A DNA stretch of 31,838 nucleotides from Pseudomonadota bacterium (GTDB lineage Bacteria > Bdellovibrionota_G > JALEGL01 > DATDPG01). The stretch's first letter is position 1; each line of letters begins with the position of its first letter. Location of the stretch: the NCBI GenBank assembly GCA_043804515.1, contig JAZDIZ010000152.1, forward strand, positions 1-31,838, in the 5' to 3' direction. Both the position numbers and the translations under genes were made by a program. Positions 17,167-26,049 of the stretch are shown piece after piece. The notes under the pieces were generated by a model that was not told where the DNA came from, ran no database searches, and saw only the letters and a program-made list of their open reading frames with translations.

Positions 17167-18723
17167 ATGCAGGCTGTATTTTCAAGGGGTTACGTTCCCA
17201 TCATTCAAGTCGTTTCCGCGTTTTTTCTTTTCTTAACGCTAGGTTGCGACGCCGCCCCAAGGAAAAATCAACTCTATCTGGATCGCGACTTCGCCTCGTA
17301 TTGCGAGGCCTTCGAGGCTTCCGCAAAGCTGGCGCTCCACTTCCATCTTCAGAGGACGGAGGCGGACTTCCCGACGCTGCGGGGGAAAACAGCGCCTCAA
17401 TTGGCTCAAGACCTGAAACTGTCTCCTCCGGCCGATCCTGCCTGGGAGAATTGCGCGGATATCGAGGCCATCGGCAAGGAAGCCCAATCCAATGGCAAGG
17501 CGCCTACCGATCTGGAGCTCTATCAGGCTGCGCTCAAAGCCTTCACCAAGCAACTCGATCCCGACTCCAGTTATAGGGATCCAATCGAGATCGAGAGGAG
17601 CCGAGAGGTCCAAGCCAACCAGCGGTATGGGATCGGCGTGGAGTTCCGCCGGCAACCGGCGGATGCCTGGCGCAAGGCCGAGGATCTCGTAGTGGAAGAA
17701 GTGTTCCCCGGATCTCCGGCGGAGGGCCGCCTTGAAAAAGGAGACCGGATTTCGGAAATCGACGGAAAGAGCGTCCAAGAACTGATGCCGGTCGAGGCGA
17801 TCCAAGCCACGCAGCCGGCCACGAAAGCCGTGGTCTTGCACGTTTCGAATCGTAACCTCGACGTGCCCATCGTCCCGGAAAAGTACAAATGGATCCCGGT
17901 GATGAAGGGCATCGAGGAGCGTTCCTCGTTCCGCGCGGGTTATTTAAAGATCCGGACTTTCGCGAAGGACACGGCGAAGCTTGCGGAATCCATGCTGCGC
18001 GAACTCCAGGACGACGGCGCAGACGGATTCCTGATCGATCTTCGGGACAATTCCGGCGGGATCATGGACGAAGCGGTCCGGATCACCGCGGACCTGACCG
18101 GGAAGAATTTTTCGGTTTTCACGCGAGGGAATCCGGCCAAGCGCAACGCGACCGGTACTGACCGTGAGTACGGTTCGAAACCCGGATGGACGCCTCAGGG
18201 AGCGCCGGTGGTGGTTCTCATCGATGCGGGCTCGGCTTCGGCGGCTGAGGTGGTGGCGGGAGGCGTTTGGACGGATGCGGCGCCCGTGGTGGGCGACCGC
18301 AGCTACGGAAAGGGCGTGGGCCAAAGCGAGGTTCACCTTTCGGACCGGAAGAAGAACAACCTGGGAGGAATGTTCCTGCTTGTGATGTTCCGATATGAAT
18401 TCGCCGACGGTTTCTGTCCGCAATTGGTCTCCATCCTTCCTCATGTTCCCATCCCGGATACCGATCTGGCGAACGTGCTGGCTGCCCAGCACGCCCTTAA
18501 CCGGTCCACGATCCTGCGTGAAGAGGACTTCGGGAAGGATTGGGTCGTAGCGTCCTCCAATGGCGTCCATCGGACCTATTCCGCCCGCTTGGCCTCACAG
18601 ATCAGCGAGATCAACAGGCGGCGGGATCAAACGGAGGATTTTGCGGCCGTCTGTGAGAGCGCCGATGATTGCGCCAAAGAGAAGGCGCTCGCATATCTCG
18701 GCGTCCTACATGAGGCACAGTAA
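17167..18723 (+). CDS. S41 carboxyl-terminal processing protease with PDZ domain, probable lipoprotein
   Basis: Hydrophobic leader ending LTLGC; PDZ GIGVEF...PGSPAEG.LEKGDRI; IDLRDNSGG; catalytic SASAAE and SYGKG. Confidence 0.85.
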   Translation: MQAVFSRGYVPIIQVVSAFFLFLTLGCDAAPRKNQLYLDRDFASYCEAFEASAKLALHFHLQRTEADFPTLRGKTAPQLAQDLKLSPPADPAWENCADIEAIGKEAQSNGKAPTDLELYQAALKAFTKQLDPDSSYRDPIEIERSREVQANQRYGIGVEFRRQPADAWRKAEDLVVEEVFPGSPAEGRLEKGDRISEIDGKSVQELMPVEAIQATQPATKAVVLHVSNRNLDVPIVPEKYKWIPVMKGIEERSSFRAGYLKIRTFAKDTAKLAESMLRELQDDGADGFLIDLRDNSGGIMDEAVRITADLTGKNFSVFTRGNPAKRNATGTDREYGSKPGWTPQGAPVVVLIDAGSASAAEVVAGGVWTDAAPVVGDRSYGKGVGQSEVHLSDRKKNNLGGMFLLVMFRYEFADGFCPQLVSILPHVPIPDTDLANVLAAQHALNRSTILREEDFGKDWVVASSNGVHRTYSARLASQISEINRRRDQTEDFAAVCESADDCAKEKALAYLGVLHEAQ

Positions 18724-18787
18724 CCCTTGCACCCGTCCTTCCCCCGGGCGAATTGCCTTTGGAAGCATTTCCGGCTAACCGTGGGAC

Positions 18788-19201
18788 ATGGCAAAGACCC
18801 TACCCACCTGGAAAGACCGCCAGAAGCAGCTCTACTCCAAAGACCGGAAACTCCCGCCCCGCGAATTGTCCCGGACCGCGTTGGCATGCCTCGAAGCCGG
18901 GAATCTTCAGGACGCCATGGAATACTTCGCGGCGGCGAAAGACGCGGCAGGCCTTTCCAAGGTGGAGGCCCTCGCCGTGGAGGAAGGGGATGCTTTCCTT
19001 TTGTCCTCCCTGGAGCGTCTCACGTCCCAGGAAAGGCCCACCGATCTTTGGAACCGGCTCGGAACCAAGGCGTTCGAGTTGGAAAAGTATGCGTTCGCAA
19101 AGAAGGCCTTCGAACGGACGAAGAACGAGCCGATGATGGCCAAGGTCCGGTCCGTCCTGGGTGAGGTACCTCCCGAGATCGCCGAGGACCATGTTTCATG
19201 A
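18788..19201 (+). CDS. Hypothetical alpha-helical (TPR-like) protein
   Basis: 137-aa ORF in operon orientation; WNRLGTKAFELEKYAFAKKAFER is TPR-like; overlaps the trmB start. Confidence 0.7.
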   Translation: MAKTLPTWKDRQKQLYSKDRKLPPRELSRTALACLEAGNLQDAMEYFAAAKDAAGLSKVEALAVEEGDAFLLSSLERLTSQERPTDLWNRLGTKAFELEKYAFAKKAFERTKNEPMMAKVRSVLGEVPPEIAEDHVS

Positions 19202-19826
19202 TCTCAAAGAGCTGACCGAACCGCTCGATTTCGAGGAGCTTTTCGGACGCCAAGGCCCCGTGGAAATCGAAATCGGGGTGGGGAAGGGGCGCTTTCTTAG
19301 GGAGTATGCCCTCGCGTTTCCCGAGAAGAATCTGGTCGGCGTGGAGAAATCGCGGAAGTGGCTCCTTCATGCCGAAGAGCGCCTGCAAAAAGCGAACCTC
19401 AAAAATGTACGTTTGTTTCTAGCGTACGCCGAAACCTTCCTGGCCCGTTTTGTTCCGGACGCATCCGTGGATGCCTACCATGTCTACTTTCCCGACCCGT
19501 GGCCCAAGAGAAGACACCACAAACGGAGACTTTTCGGGCCCCGGTTTTTGAATGAAGCCGTGCGGACTCTGGTCCCTCAAGGGGCGATTCATATCGCCAC
19601 GGACCACGAGGAGTACCTATCGTTGATCTCGAAGGAATTGGCGGCGGTTTCGGACGCGGGTCTCTCGTTCGAAAGGGTCCCGCGGGGTCCGTTCGTCACG
19701 AACTTCCAAGCGAAGTACGAGAAAGAGGGGAGGCCGATTTACTTTTTGCGCGGGATGAAGATCCAAGGCGATTCCGCGCACGTTCGAAGACGGACCGGAG
19801 CATCGGCGCCGTCAGACGCCCCGTGA
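19191..19826 (+). CDS. trmB: tRNA (guanine-N7)-methyltransferase
   Basis: EIEIGVGKGRFL, FPDPWPKRRHHKRRL, ATDH, TNFQAKY. GAGG SD before ATG 19191. Confidence 0.93.
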   Translation: MFHDLKELTEPLDFEELFGRQGPVEIEIGVGKGRFLREYALAFPEKNLVGVEKSRKWLLHAEERLQKANLKNVRLFLAYAETFLARFVPDASVDAYHVYFPDPWPKRRHHKRRLFGPRFLNEAVRTLVPQGAIHIATDHEEYLSLISKELAAVSDAGLSFERVPRGPFVTNFQAKYEKEGRPIYFLRGMKIQGDSAHVRRRTGASAPSDAP

Positions 19827-20442
19827 ACGTGTTCTGCTGGCTGGGATGGTAGCTGCCCAGCAACAGGTACGGCCCCACTTCCATTTCGGCGCCATGACCG
19901 AATCGGGTATTGAACAGCGGAGCCGATCCAAGATCCTTGAGAGCCCGCAGGATCCCGTCCCACGCATATCCACCCAAGGCCACGATCACGCGGCAGCGCG
20001 AAAGCAGTCGAAACTCTTCCTTAAGGTACGGGAGGCAGCGATCCCGTTCTTGCGGAGCGGGTTTGTTGGCGGGAGGCGCGCAACGCACGACCGCCGTTAC
20101 GTAAGCGTCGTTCAGTGTGAGCCCGTCCCCCCGGTGAGAGGAAGCCGGTTGGGACGCAAAGCCGGTTTCGTAAAGCGCCCGAAAGAGCCAGTCCCCCGAT
20201 CGGTCTCCCGTGAAAATTCTCCCGGTTCGGTTTCCACCGTGCGCCCCCGGCGCCAGGCCCACGATGAGCAGCCTTGCCTCGTGATCCCCGAAGGAAGGGA
20301 CGGGTTTTCCCCAATATTCGAAATTCCGCCACGCGGCTCTTTTCTCCACGGCCACCCGCTCGCACCACTTCCGGAGGCGCGGACAGAGGGCGCAATCGGG
20401 GATTCTCCGCTCCAGATCCTCAAGGTTCCGTGCGTCTCGCAT
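19696..20442 (-). CDS. Uracil-DNA glycosylase, family 5 (UdgB type, 4Fe-4S)
   Basis: CALCPRL, VGLAPGAHGGNRTGRIFTGDRSG, VRCAPPANKP, SYHPSQQNTFTG. Confidence 0.92.
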   Translation of the reverse strand: MRDARNLEDLERRIPDCALCPRLRKWCERVAVEKRAAWRNFEYWGKPVPSFGDHEARLLIVGLAPGAHGGNRTGRIFTGDRSGDWLFRALYETGFASQPASSHRGDGLTLNDAYVTAVVRCAPPANKPAPQERDRCLPYLKEEFRLLSRCRVIVALGGYAWDGILRALKDLGSAPLFNTRFGHGAEMEVGPYLLLGSYHPSQQNTFTGRLTAPMLRSVFERARNRLGSSSRAKSKSASPLSRTSLGSS

Positions 20443-20449
20443 GGGTCGG

Positions 20450-21142
20450 CTATTTCTTCAGGGCTTCGCCGGTCATCGGCACGAACACCACCGGTAAGAC
20501 ATCGCGGCTCACGTACTCCGTTTTCGTCTTTCGCGTGACCACGCGGAGATCCTGGTGGGAGAAAAAGCCCGAAGCCGGGCCTACGGGAATCACGAGCCGC
20601 CCGCCGATCTTCAATTGGTCCTTCAACGGTTCGGGGATCTTTTCCGGTGCGGCCGTTACGATGATCGCATCGAAAGGAGCCTCTTCCGGCCAGCCCCGAT
20701 AGCCGTCTCCCGTGCGCAAGTGGGCACTGTAATGCGAAGCCTTCAGATTCTCGCCCGCTCTCTTGGAGAGTGAGTCCAGGATCTCGATGGAGTAGACGTC
20801 GGCTCCCATTTCGGCAAGAACCGCCGCCTGGTATCCGGAGCCCGTGCCGACCTCCAGGACCTTGGAGCCGCGGCCGACCTCGGCCAGCTCCGTCATCTTC
20901 GCCACAATGTAAGGCTGCGAAATCGTCTGGCCGTCACCGATGAGGAGCGGATGGTCTTCGTACGCTTCGCCTCGGTCGCCTTCGGGCACGAAGAGGTGCC
21001 GTGGCACGCGCCGCATGGCATTCAACACCGCTTGAGAATGAACATCGCGGGCGGCGAGCTGATGCTCCACCATTTGGTTACGGAGCGCCTCGTATGGGGG
21101 GCCACCCGACATAGCGAAGAGAAAGAGTAGGACGAAAGCCAT
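20450..21142 (-). CDS. pcm: Protein-L-isoaspartate O-methyltransferase
   Basis: VPRHLFVP, GQTISQPYIVAKM, VLEVGTGSGYQAAVLA, APFDAIIVTAA, FVPMTG. Start is probably ATG 21142. Confidence 0.94.
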   Translation of the reverse strand: MAFVLLFLFAMSGGPPYEALRNQMVEHQLAARDVHSQAVLNAMRRVPRHLFVPEGDRGEAYEDHPLLIGDGQTISQPYIVAKMTELAEVGRGSKVLEVGTGSGYQAAVLAEMGADVYSIEILDSLSKRAGENLKASHYSAHLRTGDGYRGWPEEAPFDAIIVTAAPEKIPEPLKDQLKIGGRLVIPVGPASGFFSHQDLRVVTRKTKTEYVSRDVLPVVFVPMTGEALKK

Positions 21143-21832
21143 GGTCGGTGCAAATCTAGCCTGAAATGCGGGACCCTGGAAAGGGCCCCAGGTCCCAATC
21201 ACCACACGTTCTGGCGCTTGGCACCAAATTGCCCTACCGCGCAAGTGTGCAGGCCGTCGGGTTGTGCCCCCCCCACGGCCTCCCGACATCTTCATCGCGT
21301 CTGAGGCTGCGCCGGCTCGCCTCATCCGCGTGAATCTGTATGGTCGGTGGCCCGTCAGTCCTCGCCGAGGGGGACCCCCCAACCCGCCCGGCCGGGAGTT
21401 CTTGGCATGAGCGCCTTTTCGCTCTCTCGCGTGGTTCTCCGGCTAAGGAAAAGCGGAACCAATCTCCGGTCCCCAGACGATCGGTCGTTTGCTCCGTCCC
21501 TTTATAGAAGATGGGGTGCCAGCGACGGCGAGGTGCGTAGTGACCGTAGCGAATGGAGGAGCCGAGAATCGGGTCTTCGCTGAGAAGCAAAGACGGGCGG
21601 GACGAAAAAGCGTGACGCAGCCAGTTGTCTCCATGCTTCCATGACACAACTGGCGAGTTCCGAGGGACGCCGAGCCGCGTAAGGCGAAGCGATCCCGTCT
21701 TTTTCGGCACGGCCGGCTTTGATTCGCAGCCATCAAACAGGGGACGGAGTATGTCATAGTGTCGCTAGGCGAGAGAACGTGGGGATTTACGTTCCGCGCG
21801 GAGGCGGTTAAAAGGGGCCGCGAGGTTCAACC

Positions 21833-22828
21833 ATGAACACACGAAAACTGGGAAATCAGGGGTTGGTCACGTCCGAACTCGGCTTGGGTTGCATGGGGAT
21901 GTCGGCCTTTTACGGAAAACGGGACGACCGTGAGTCGACGGCCACGATCCAGGCGGCGCTGGACCGCGGCATCACGATGCTGGACACGGCCGATATGTAC
22001 GGGCCGTTCACGAACGAGGAACTCGTCGGAAAGGCGATCCGGGGCCGGCGGAAGAAAGTCGTCCTGGCCACGAAGTTCGGTTTCTACGGTATGGACCCGA
22101 AGGACCCGACAAAGCGCGGCCTGAGCGGGAGGCCCGAGTACGTGAAATCGGCCTGCGACGCCAGCCTCAAGCGCCTGGGGATCGACGAGATCGATCTTTA
22201 TTACCAGCACCGTGTCGATCCGAACACGCCGATTGAGGATACGGTGGGTGCCATGAGCGACCTCGTCCGCGAGGGAAAGGTTCGCTTCCTGGGCCTCTCC
22301 GAACCCTCCGCCAAGACGCTTAGGCGAGCCTACGCCGTTCATCCCATCACCGCCGTTCAGAGCGAGTACTCCCTTTGGACACGCGATCCCGAGGAGGACG
22401 GTATTTTCGAGGCTTGCAGGGAGCTGGGCGTCGGCTTTGTGGCATACAGCCCCCTGGGCCGCGGATTCCTGACAGGACGGATCAAAAATCCCGAGGATTT
22501 TGACGACGACGATTACCGCAGGTTTCAGCCCCGGTTTCAGGGCGAGAACTTCAAGAAGAACATTAAGCTCGTCGACGCCGTCCGCCACCTGGCGGAGCGC
22601 AAGGGGTGCACGGCCGGCCAACTTGCTTTGGCATGGGTCCTGGCCAAAGGGGAGAATATCGTCCCGATCCCCGGAACAAGGAACTCCAAGCGCCTCGAGG
22701 AAAACCTGGGCGCCTCCAACGTACGTCTGAGCCCGTCCGATGTGGAGGAAATCGACAGCATCTTCCCTCCGGACGCGGTTTCCGGAACCCGGTATCCGGA
22801 GTCCATGATGAAATTTTTAGACGGCTAA
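21833..22828 (+). CDS. Aldo/keto reductase
   Basis: [59 protein letters not shown]. Confidence 0.95.
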   Translation: MNTRKLGNQGLVTSELGLGCMGMSAFYGKRDDRESTATIQAALDRGITMLDTADMYGPFTNEELVGKAIRGRRKKVVLATKFGFYGMDPKDPTKRGLSGRPEYVKSACDASLKRLGIDEIDLYYQHRVDPNTPIEDTVGAMSDLVREGKVRFLGLSEPSAKTLRRAYAVHPITAVQSEYSLWTRDPEEDGIFEACRELGVGFVAYSPLGRGFLTGRIKNPEDFDDDDYRRFQPRFQGENFKKNIKLVDAVRHLAERKGCTAGQLALAWVLAKGENIVPIPGTRNSKRLEENLGASNVRLSPSDVEEIDSIFPPDAVSGTRYPESMMKFLDG

Positions 22829-22969
22829 GCAGGGCGTAACCGGTTCCGCTCCGATCGCGCCGATTTTGAGCGCCCGAAAGGCGCTGTGCGCAAATTGTTG
22901 CGGGCTGATTCCCACGCTGGGCTTGAGATTCCGATGACTTAGCCTTGGTACGGCTCTTGCTCACATATA

Positions 22970-24487
22970 ATGGTGATGAAAACGTCAAAACGAACCTTCC
23001 TGGGGATCCTCCTTTTTCTGCTGGCGTCGGCGGGCTGTAGCTCGGGTGACGGCACCTCAATACCGGGGGACGATCTGTCCGCGAAGCATTTCATCTCCGT
23101 CGGCCAAGAGCAGATCACGCTCGACTGCCTGGTCGGGGAGATTCCGGCGGCTCCCGCGACCGTCACGATCACAAACCCCCATTCGGAAGCGATCGACTGG
23201 AAGATCAGCGAGCAGCTCGATTGGGTCACGCAGATCGTACCGAACAGCGGGTCGCTGGAGGGCAACGGAAGCGCCGATATCTCGATCTACTACAGCTGCG
23301 CCAACGAAACGTCGCCCGCTGCTCAGAAGCTGGGCCTCGTCCTTTTTCAGAGTGCCGATGAACAGATCAGCCAAGGCCTGAACGTCACGCTCAATCCGCA
23401 TGATCCTTCGGCGCAGGGGAGGGCGGTGATCGAGTTCCGCGCCATACCCCGGGACTATCGCCCAATTCCAGGCGGCTGGCCGGTCGATTCTCTCGAGCTT
23501 TATCCACCTTGCGTGGCGGGCCAGGCCGGTTCCAACCACGTCGCTTTCTGGATCGTGAACAGCGGAGACGCCCCGCTCAACTGGACTGCTTCCGAGAACT
23601 TGGAGTGGGTCACGCAGATCGTTTTCCCAACCTCGAGAACCCTAGACCCCGGCCAAGCATCCGATCCGATCGACATTTATTACAGTTGCGCCAACCAGAC
23701 GGCCTCGACCACGCCTCTTGCGGGGGCCATCAAGGTAACGGGTGACAACGGCGAAGATCCGAAAGACCTTGCCGTCAGTCTTCTGGTTCTGAGCAGTCCA
23801 ACGCTCTATCCGTCGATCCCGCGAAGTCCGACCTGCTATGCGCACAGCACGGACACGACTACGATTGTGCTCAGAAACAGCGACCCCAATGCGCGCACGA
23901 TCGCCTGGACGACGTCGGGAGTCCCTAACTGGGCGAAGCTTAACCCGGCATTCGGTTCGCTGGCAGCCGGTGCTTATGCCACGATTTCGGTCGCCCTTGA
24001 CTGCATGGATTTCTCCGCAGCGGGGACACAGACGGCCACAATCACATTCCACGACACGACTACCGGGACCACGCAAGATCTACTTTTCTCATTGTCGGTT
24101 GTCTCAGTCTCCGCCGGCGCGAAAATGCTCATCGAGGATACCGGTTATCCCAGCAAGGATCTCACACTAACGCCCCTAAATCTTGCCTGCACGGCCGGGC
24201 AGGCCGGTGCCGCTCCGTTCCGGATCATGATCTCCAACGATGCCCGCGAAGGCGGCGCCGACTTGGTCTTCTCCATGTCCACCACCGTTCAATACGGAAA
24301 CCTCGCGCTCAACGCCACCGACGGCGCCGTTAGCTACACCGTGCCCATGCAATATTTCACCCTTGTGGATTTCTCGTACACCTGTACCGGCCTTACGAGG
24401 GGTCAGAGCCGCACCGGAACGATCACATTCCACGACTTCGGCAACGACCTTGACAAGCTCGTAGCCGTCACGATCACGGCCAGCTAA
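22970..24487 (+). CDS. Lipoprotein with four tandem Ig-like (BACON-like) beta domains
   Basis: Signal MKTSKRTFLGILLFLLASAGC with lipobox; four ~100-aa repeats, each with a Cys pair. The start may be 22976. Confidence 0.75.
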   Translation: MVMKTSKRTFLGILLFLLASAGCSSGDGTSIPGDDLSAKHFISVGQEQITLDCLVGEIPAAPATVTITNPHSEAIDWKISEQLDWVTQIVPNSGSLEGNGSADISIYYSCANETSPAAQKLGLVLFQSADEQISQGLNVTLNPHDPSAQGRAVIEFRAIPRDYRPIPGGWPVDSLELYPPCVAGQAGSNHVAFWIVNSGDAPLNWTASENLEWVTQIVFPTSRTLDPGQASDPIDIYYSCANQTASTTPLAGAIKVTGDNGEDPKDLAVSLLVLSSPTLYPSIPRSPTCYAHSTDTTTIVLRNSDPNARTIAWTTSGVPNWAKLNPAFGSLAAGAYATISVALDCMDFSAAGTQTATITFHDTTTGTTQDLLFSLSVVSVSAGAKMLIEDTGYPSKDLTLTPLNLACTAGQAGAAPFRIMISNDAREGGADLVFSMSTTVQYGNLALNATDGAVSYTVPMQYFTLVDFSYTCTGLTRGQSRTGTITFHDFGNDLDKLVAVTITAS

Positions 24488-24699
24488 AGAGGAAAAGCAC
24501 GCATGATTTCTGGATTTCTGGGGACACCATCCCAATTATGAGAGCCGTCTCCATGGCCCATCTCAGAGGTCACCTAACAAGATTCCGCCCGTGTTGTGTA
24601 GGCCCTCAAAATGCCGAAGAATTTGGCCAAGCGATCGAATCTCACCCGCACCCATGGCGGGCCAGAAAATGCGTATGGCGTCCCACTGCTGCACACCTG

Positions 24700-25968
24700 T
24701 CACGGTCGAGCGGGAACGGGACTGAAAAACTCCGCTGTCACGCAATGCGGCCCGCCGCCGCGCACGATCCACGGGGAGGCGACCGTGACGACGCGTTCGA
24801 AATACTTCTTGTAAACGCCGACAGCCCGACGATTCAGTTCCGCCAGATCGAGGGGCGAATCCGTCGCATGGACGAGAGGAGAAAACTGGTCGGCTTCGAA
24901 CTGCGGAACATAGACGGTTCGGCCGTCCACATACGCGTTCGGATACGCCGTCACGAGGAAAGCCGGGCCGGCGCGCAATCCCCGGTTCACGTGACGGCCG
25001 CCGACCGCGAGAAAGTCGACCTGATAGCCGTGGAAACGCAGGAGGTCCGCGTTCGCGGCCGCGTCCTCGTCGTTCCGCGATTCGCCGGACTCAAGACGGC
25101 CCAGGAGGACCGTGGAACTCCCCGAACGGCCGGGAGGGAGGATCTTGGCCACGACATCGACGTGGCCCGTGATGTCGGGAAGGGCACGCAGGACAAATAG
25201 CCGATCGCATCCGAAGAACGAGCGGTACGCATGCGGGAGCGGCACCTTCCGTCCCGTACCCGGGTCGGCGTCCGCCAGAGACCGATCGGTCGTCAGGCAG
25301 GATCCCCGGCCGTCGGAGACAAGGTCCCCCCCCGCGATTCGAAGGTTCAGCGGGATCCGTGGTTGGGGACAGCGAACCTTTGTGCAGATCTCCTTCAATT
25401 CGTCCGCTTGGACCGGCTGAGTCACCACGAGCGCGGTTAAGCCCCCCACATCACCCTTCGTGATTCGCGTTTGAAGCGGAAACCGGTCGCGCAGGAACAG
25501 GTCGATCTCCGTTTGCCCGACAGGGAACCGACTCCCGCCGCAAAAGAGGGTCATGTGCCGCGTCTCGGGAGAGTGGGTCTCCAGGGCCGAGATGAGCGGT
25601 CCCAGGCCCGTGGGCACGCGGTAGAGGCGATCGTCTCGCATGTCCGAGGGAATGAAGAGGCAGTTCTCCAGATAAGAGAACCAAGCTTCTTTCTTCTCCC
25701 ACTCCGCGAAAAGCCGGACCGACGTGGCTCCGCGCGGATATGCAGGAGAGATCGCGATCCGGCTCAGATCAATGAGCGCCGGCGTACAGTGCAGCAACTC
25801 GCCAACGTCCTGGACCTTCTCCTGAACCTGAACCGTTGGGCACAACGCGCCCGCGGAAGACGGGACCAGAAGAAGGACTTGTGCGACGCTAGCGCTGAGC
25901 CGAGACACCGATGTTTCTATGATACCAGAGGCGGCGTTTCGCGGCCGACGTTGTCTCTTGCGACTCAC
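24700..25968 (-). CDS. Agmatine/peptidylarginine deiminase family protein (amidinotransferase fold)
   Basis: FLRD, GGDLVSDGRGSCLTT, DITGHVD, YPNAYV...VYVPQF, C-terminal GGGPHCVT. The true start may be GTG 25908. Confidence 0.8.
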   Translation of the reverse strand: MSRKRQRRPRNAASGIIETSVSRLSASVAQVLLLVPSSAGALCPTVQVQEKVQDVGELLHCTPALIDLSRIAISPAYPRGATSVRLFAEWEKKEAWFSYLENCLFIPSDMRDDRLYRVPTGLGPLISALETHSPETRHMTLFCGGSRFPVGQTEIDLFLRDRFPLQTRITKGDVGGLTALVVTQPVQADELKEICTKVRCPQPRIPLNLRIAGGDLVSDGRGSCLTTDRSLADADPGTGRKVPLPHAYRSFFGCDRLFVLRALPDITGHVDVVAKILPPGRSGSSTVLLGRLESGESRNDEDAAANADLLRFHGYQVDFLAVGGRHVNRGLRAGPAFLVTAYPNAYVDGRTVYVPQFEADQFSPLVHATDSPLDLAELNRRAVGVYKKYFERVVTVASPWIVRGGGPHCVTAEFFSPVPARP

Positions 25969-25973
25969 TCATA

Positions 25974-26001
25974 ATTTAACATAATATACATTATCAGAAG
26001 T
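25974..26001 (-). other. XerC/XerD dif recombination site
   Basis: Minus strand reads ACTTCTGATAA-TGTATA-TTATGTTAAAT. The spacer and XerD arm are identical to E. coli dif, and the XerC arm is a typical variant. Confidence 0.93.
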
Positions 26002-26049
26002 TGGCGCCTCCTCACCTGAGGGCGCGCACGCGCTTCGCCTGGAGTTCCT

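Noticed and set aside
21219..21233. Sigma-54-like TGGCACCAAATTGC
   Set aside because: GG to GC spacing is 9 nt instead of the strictly required 10.
21234..21757. 158-aa and 104-aa minus ORFs and the 80-aa upstream extension of pcm
   Set aside because: No motifs, composition typical of spurious frames; the region is better explained as structured non-coding DNA.
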